Assembly: GCA_964414145.1 (NCBI GenBank)
Contig: CAYPVH010000003.1
Location: 30,592-94,591, forward strand
Length of the DNA stretch: 64,000 bases
Source of the DNA: an uncultured Gammaproteobacteria bacterium
Lineage (GTDB): Bacteria > Patescibacteriota > Microgenomatia > UBA1406
Direction of reading: 5' to 3'
This document shows, piece after piece, positions 62,865-64,000 of this stretch. The notes below the pieces were generated by a model, which was not told where the DNA came from, did no database searches, and saw only the letters and a list, made by a program, of their open reading frames with translations. The stretch's first letter is position 1; the number at the start of each line of letters is the position of its first letter. The position numbers and the translations under genes were made by a program.

Positions 62865-63509
62865 ATGAGAAACTTTGTTGAAAAATTATTAAGGTTTGAA
62901 ATACTAATAGTTCCATTATTTGTTATCTTCATCTTTATTACCGCTTATTTGATTAACTTGTTTTCCGGATCATTAATACCTTACCCGGAAAAGAATAACA
63001 AAGATACATTTGTAACAGCTACTCCTAAGCCTCCAAAAATAGAAAAGAAAAGTCAACTGAGAATAGAGGTAGAGAAGGGTGATTTTGTGGTTAATAAAAA
63101 TGGAAAAGAAATAACTAGAGTAATGTATAGGAACCCAGCAATATCGGATGGAATTATGATTGTATACGATCCTGATATTATTTTATTTGAACCGAACATA
63201 TTAATTTTTGCCACAAACGTTTTCCCAATGGGTTGTGAGAGCGGTGAAGACATTGAGTGCTTAGAATTTGCCGGTGAGGTAATTAATGAATACGAAAAAC
63301 ATGGTGGAGTTTGGCGTTTAAACTTAGAAACAAATGAACTTACCTTAATTAAGAATAAACCAAACTTAGATAGTGGTGAATATGTGTCGTATGAATTTGA
63401 TAAAAACAAAGACTTACTTAATGTGGTAGAAATTGTTAACGGTAATGAAGGAAAAGTTAGTACTAGAAAATATGTCATCGACGTTGAAAAGGGAAGGGTG
63501 TTAGACTAA
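62865..63509 (+). CDS. hypothetical membrane-anchored protein
   Basis: N-terminal TM ILIVPLFVIFIFITAYLINLF. TGCTATAAT lies at 62836-62844 upstream. Confidence 0.5.
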   Translation: MRNFVEKLLRFEILIVPLFVIFIFITAYLINLFSGSLIPYPEKNNKDTFVTATPKPPKIEKKSQLRIEVEKGDFVVNKNGKEITRVMYRNPAISDGIMIVYDPDIILFEPNILIFATNVFPMGCESGEDIECLEFAGEVINEYEKHGGVWRLNLETNELTLIKNKPNLDSGEYVSYEFDKNKDLLNVVEIVNGNEGKVSTRKYVIDVEKGRVLD

Positions 63510-63610
63510 TAAACCATATAAACATAGATAAAGATAATAGACCAATAAACTACATATGAACAAATTAATTGAACTAAAAAATTACCGAATATTCTAATTA
63601 TATAGGTCTA

Positions 63611-64000
63611 TCAAAGGTTAGTATTATCGACCCGACTAAGGGCAGAATCAATAATAGTTTTAAGAAGTTCTTCGTATTCAATTCCTGCTGCCCTAGCTGA
63701 CAGGGGAAAGTAAGAAGTAAGTGTAACGTCTGGGGGTATCATACCAGCTGGTGAATTTACATCTAAAACAAATAATTCACCTGTTCTTTTGCTTTGTCTT
63801 ATATCGATTCTGCAGTAGTCTTTTATATCTAGCGTTTTCCATACTTTAACTGCAACTGTCTCAATATCTCTCTGTAGCTTTGAATCAATATTAGCCGGAC
63901 AAGCTAGGTGATTTGTTTCTGCTTCTTCTTCAAAAACCCATTTAACTTCGAGTGAATCAAAAGGCAAGTAACCTTCGGGCAACTTATGAAACTCCGGTTC
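63611..64000 (-). CDS. ATP-grasp enzyme, D-alanine--D-alanine ligase family (C-terminal part; ORF runs off the window)
   Basis: YCRIDIRQSKRTGELFVLDVNSPAGMIP...AAGIEYEELLKTII resembles the Ddl C-terminal ATP-grasp region. The frame is open to position 64000. Confidence 0.65.
   Translation of the reverse strand, partial: EPEFHKLPEGYLPFDSLEVKWVFEEEAETNHLACPANIDSKLQRDIETVAVKVWKTLDIKDYCRIDIRQSKRTGELFVLDVNSPAGMIPPDVTLTSYFPLSARAAGIEYEELLKTIIDSALSRVDNTNL

Overview
AT-rich, very gene-dense bacterial chromosomal window of about 80 CDS. By inference only, from shortened or degenerate housekeeping proteins, it looks like a small-genome Patescibacteria/CPR-type organism. The standard genetic code applies, since TGA closes several conserved genes. 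Housekeeping content includes: a dCTP deaminase-like gene, thyA and a Nudix-DHFR fusion; murI, frr, rseP, rpsU, a YbeY-like gene and dnaX; a P-type ATPase; ybaB, prs, recR, trpS, obg, cysS; rpsF-ssb-rpsR; radA; an M29 aminopeptidase; ctpA, htrA, rpmE; an RF1 lacking domain 1; RNase J; and cysK. RNA genes are tRNA-Arg(GCG), tRNA-Pro(CGG), tRNA-Gly(CCC), tRNA-Gly(UCC) and an unlinked 5S rRNA. Accessory stretches lie at roughly 27.6-33.2 kb and 54-63.5 kb and carry three APH-fold kinases, two MFS transporters, Nudix, cupin and GNAT proteins, an HD protein, a hydrolase and a GIY-YIG gene. No CRISPR array, integrase or reverse transcriptase was seen. The observations most worth follow-up are: (1) a promoter, a leaderless Cys-rich 25-codon sORF, alternative hairpins and an intrinsic terminator directly upstream of cysK, which is a candidate cysteine-codon attenuator; (2) a RAYT (HUH/Y1) gene bracketed by inverted copies of a perfect 11-bp-stem hairpin that recurs three more times in the window; (3) two ~198-bp composite hairpin repeats in direct orientation bounding a ~5-kb accessory island next to tRNA-Gly(UCC); (4) a dispersed mosaic family of word-like intergenic modules, including a ~270-bp pair inverted 27 kb apart, with modules reaching into the thyA and folA coding sequence; (5) a recurrent (TGn)TATAAT box 6-9 nt before ATG, implying widespread leaderless mRNAs; (6) a sigma-70-like protein with a ~330-aa unknown N-terminal extension beside tRNA-Pro. 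All functional readings are inference from sequence and known family motifs; no database search was possible.
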